Part shown: piece by piece, positions 63,610-64,000 of the stretch
Numbering within the stretch: the stretch's first letter is position 1
How the letters are laid out: every line of letters begins with the position of its first letter
Origin: Malacoraja senta
Taxonomy: Eukaryota
Reading direction: 5' to 3'
NCBI GenBank assembly: GCA_038087875.1
Contig: CM075978.1
Coordinates: 140,492,001 to 140,556,000, forward strand
Length of the DNA: 64,000 bases
The notes under the pieces: model-generated
What the model was told of the DNA's origin: nothing
The model's input: only the letters and a program-made list of their open reading frames with translations
Databases searched by the model: none
Position numbers and translations under genes: made by a program

Positions 63610-64000
63610 TTCCTCCAAGTTGCTGATAGTGAAGGAGATAGTCTCAGGCTACAGAATGATATTAATCAACCAGGGAGATGGGAATTTAATCCTGTTAAGT
63701 GCAAGAATATGCTCTTTGGGAGGACTACTAAGGGTAAAACATCATGAACGGTAGCACTCCAAGGAATCCAATGGAACAGAGGAACTTGGTGTACAAGTCC
63801 AAGGATCCCTGAAGGTCAATCAAATAATTGTTTTTTAAAAAAGGCTTGTCTTCTTAAGCCGGGGCATAGAAAATGATACCAAGGCAAGTTATGGTACGTC
63901 TTCATACAATATTGTTATGGCCACATAGTACTGTTGTAGATTTCTGGACACCACATGATAGAAAGGTTATGACTGCACTGGAGGGGGTGCAGAAGAAGTG
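63610..64000 (+). mobile_element. Decayed CR1 fragment running off the window
   Basis: SKL.D, LQNDI, FNP.KC and LGVQV remnants. Confidence 0.7.

Overview
This is repeat-dense vertebrate genomic DNA, almost certainly from a cartilaginous fish, probably a skate or ray. The evidence is HE1-type V-SINEs with CR1 tails, Deu-domain SINEs, and abundant CR1 and Penelope fragments; the species is inferred. I found no complete host protein-coding gene. Almost every listed ORF is a transposon fragment or noise. The main host-like feature is a CpG-rich promoter at about 36.6-37.6 kb, with YY1-like and ZNF143-like motifs and candidate first-exon splice donors on both strands. Mobile DNA includes CR1, L2, Rex1 and RTE LINEs, Penelope elements with hammerhead-ribozyme-like cores, a full-length but inactivated DD34E Tc1, Harbinger-type MITEs, a non-autonomous Helitron, an ERV-like solo LTR and several hAT elements. 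The most notable signal is cargo capture by hAT elements. A 552-bp hAT-Charlie-type element (28894-29445), inserted in a Tc1 relic, carries about 450 bp of coding sequence from an IQSEC/BRAG (IQSEC2-like) ARF-GEF gene. A 4.47-kb composite hAT (12792-17262, perfect 8-bp TSD) contains further nested hATs with GC-rich, promoter/exon-like cargo. A third hAT (56506-57698) carries a probable Penelope ORF fragment. Family and gene assignments rest on recalled motifs, not database searches.
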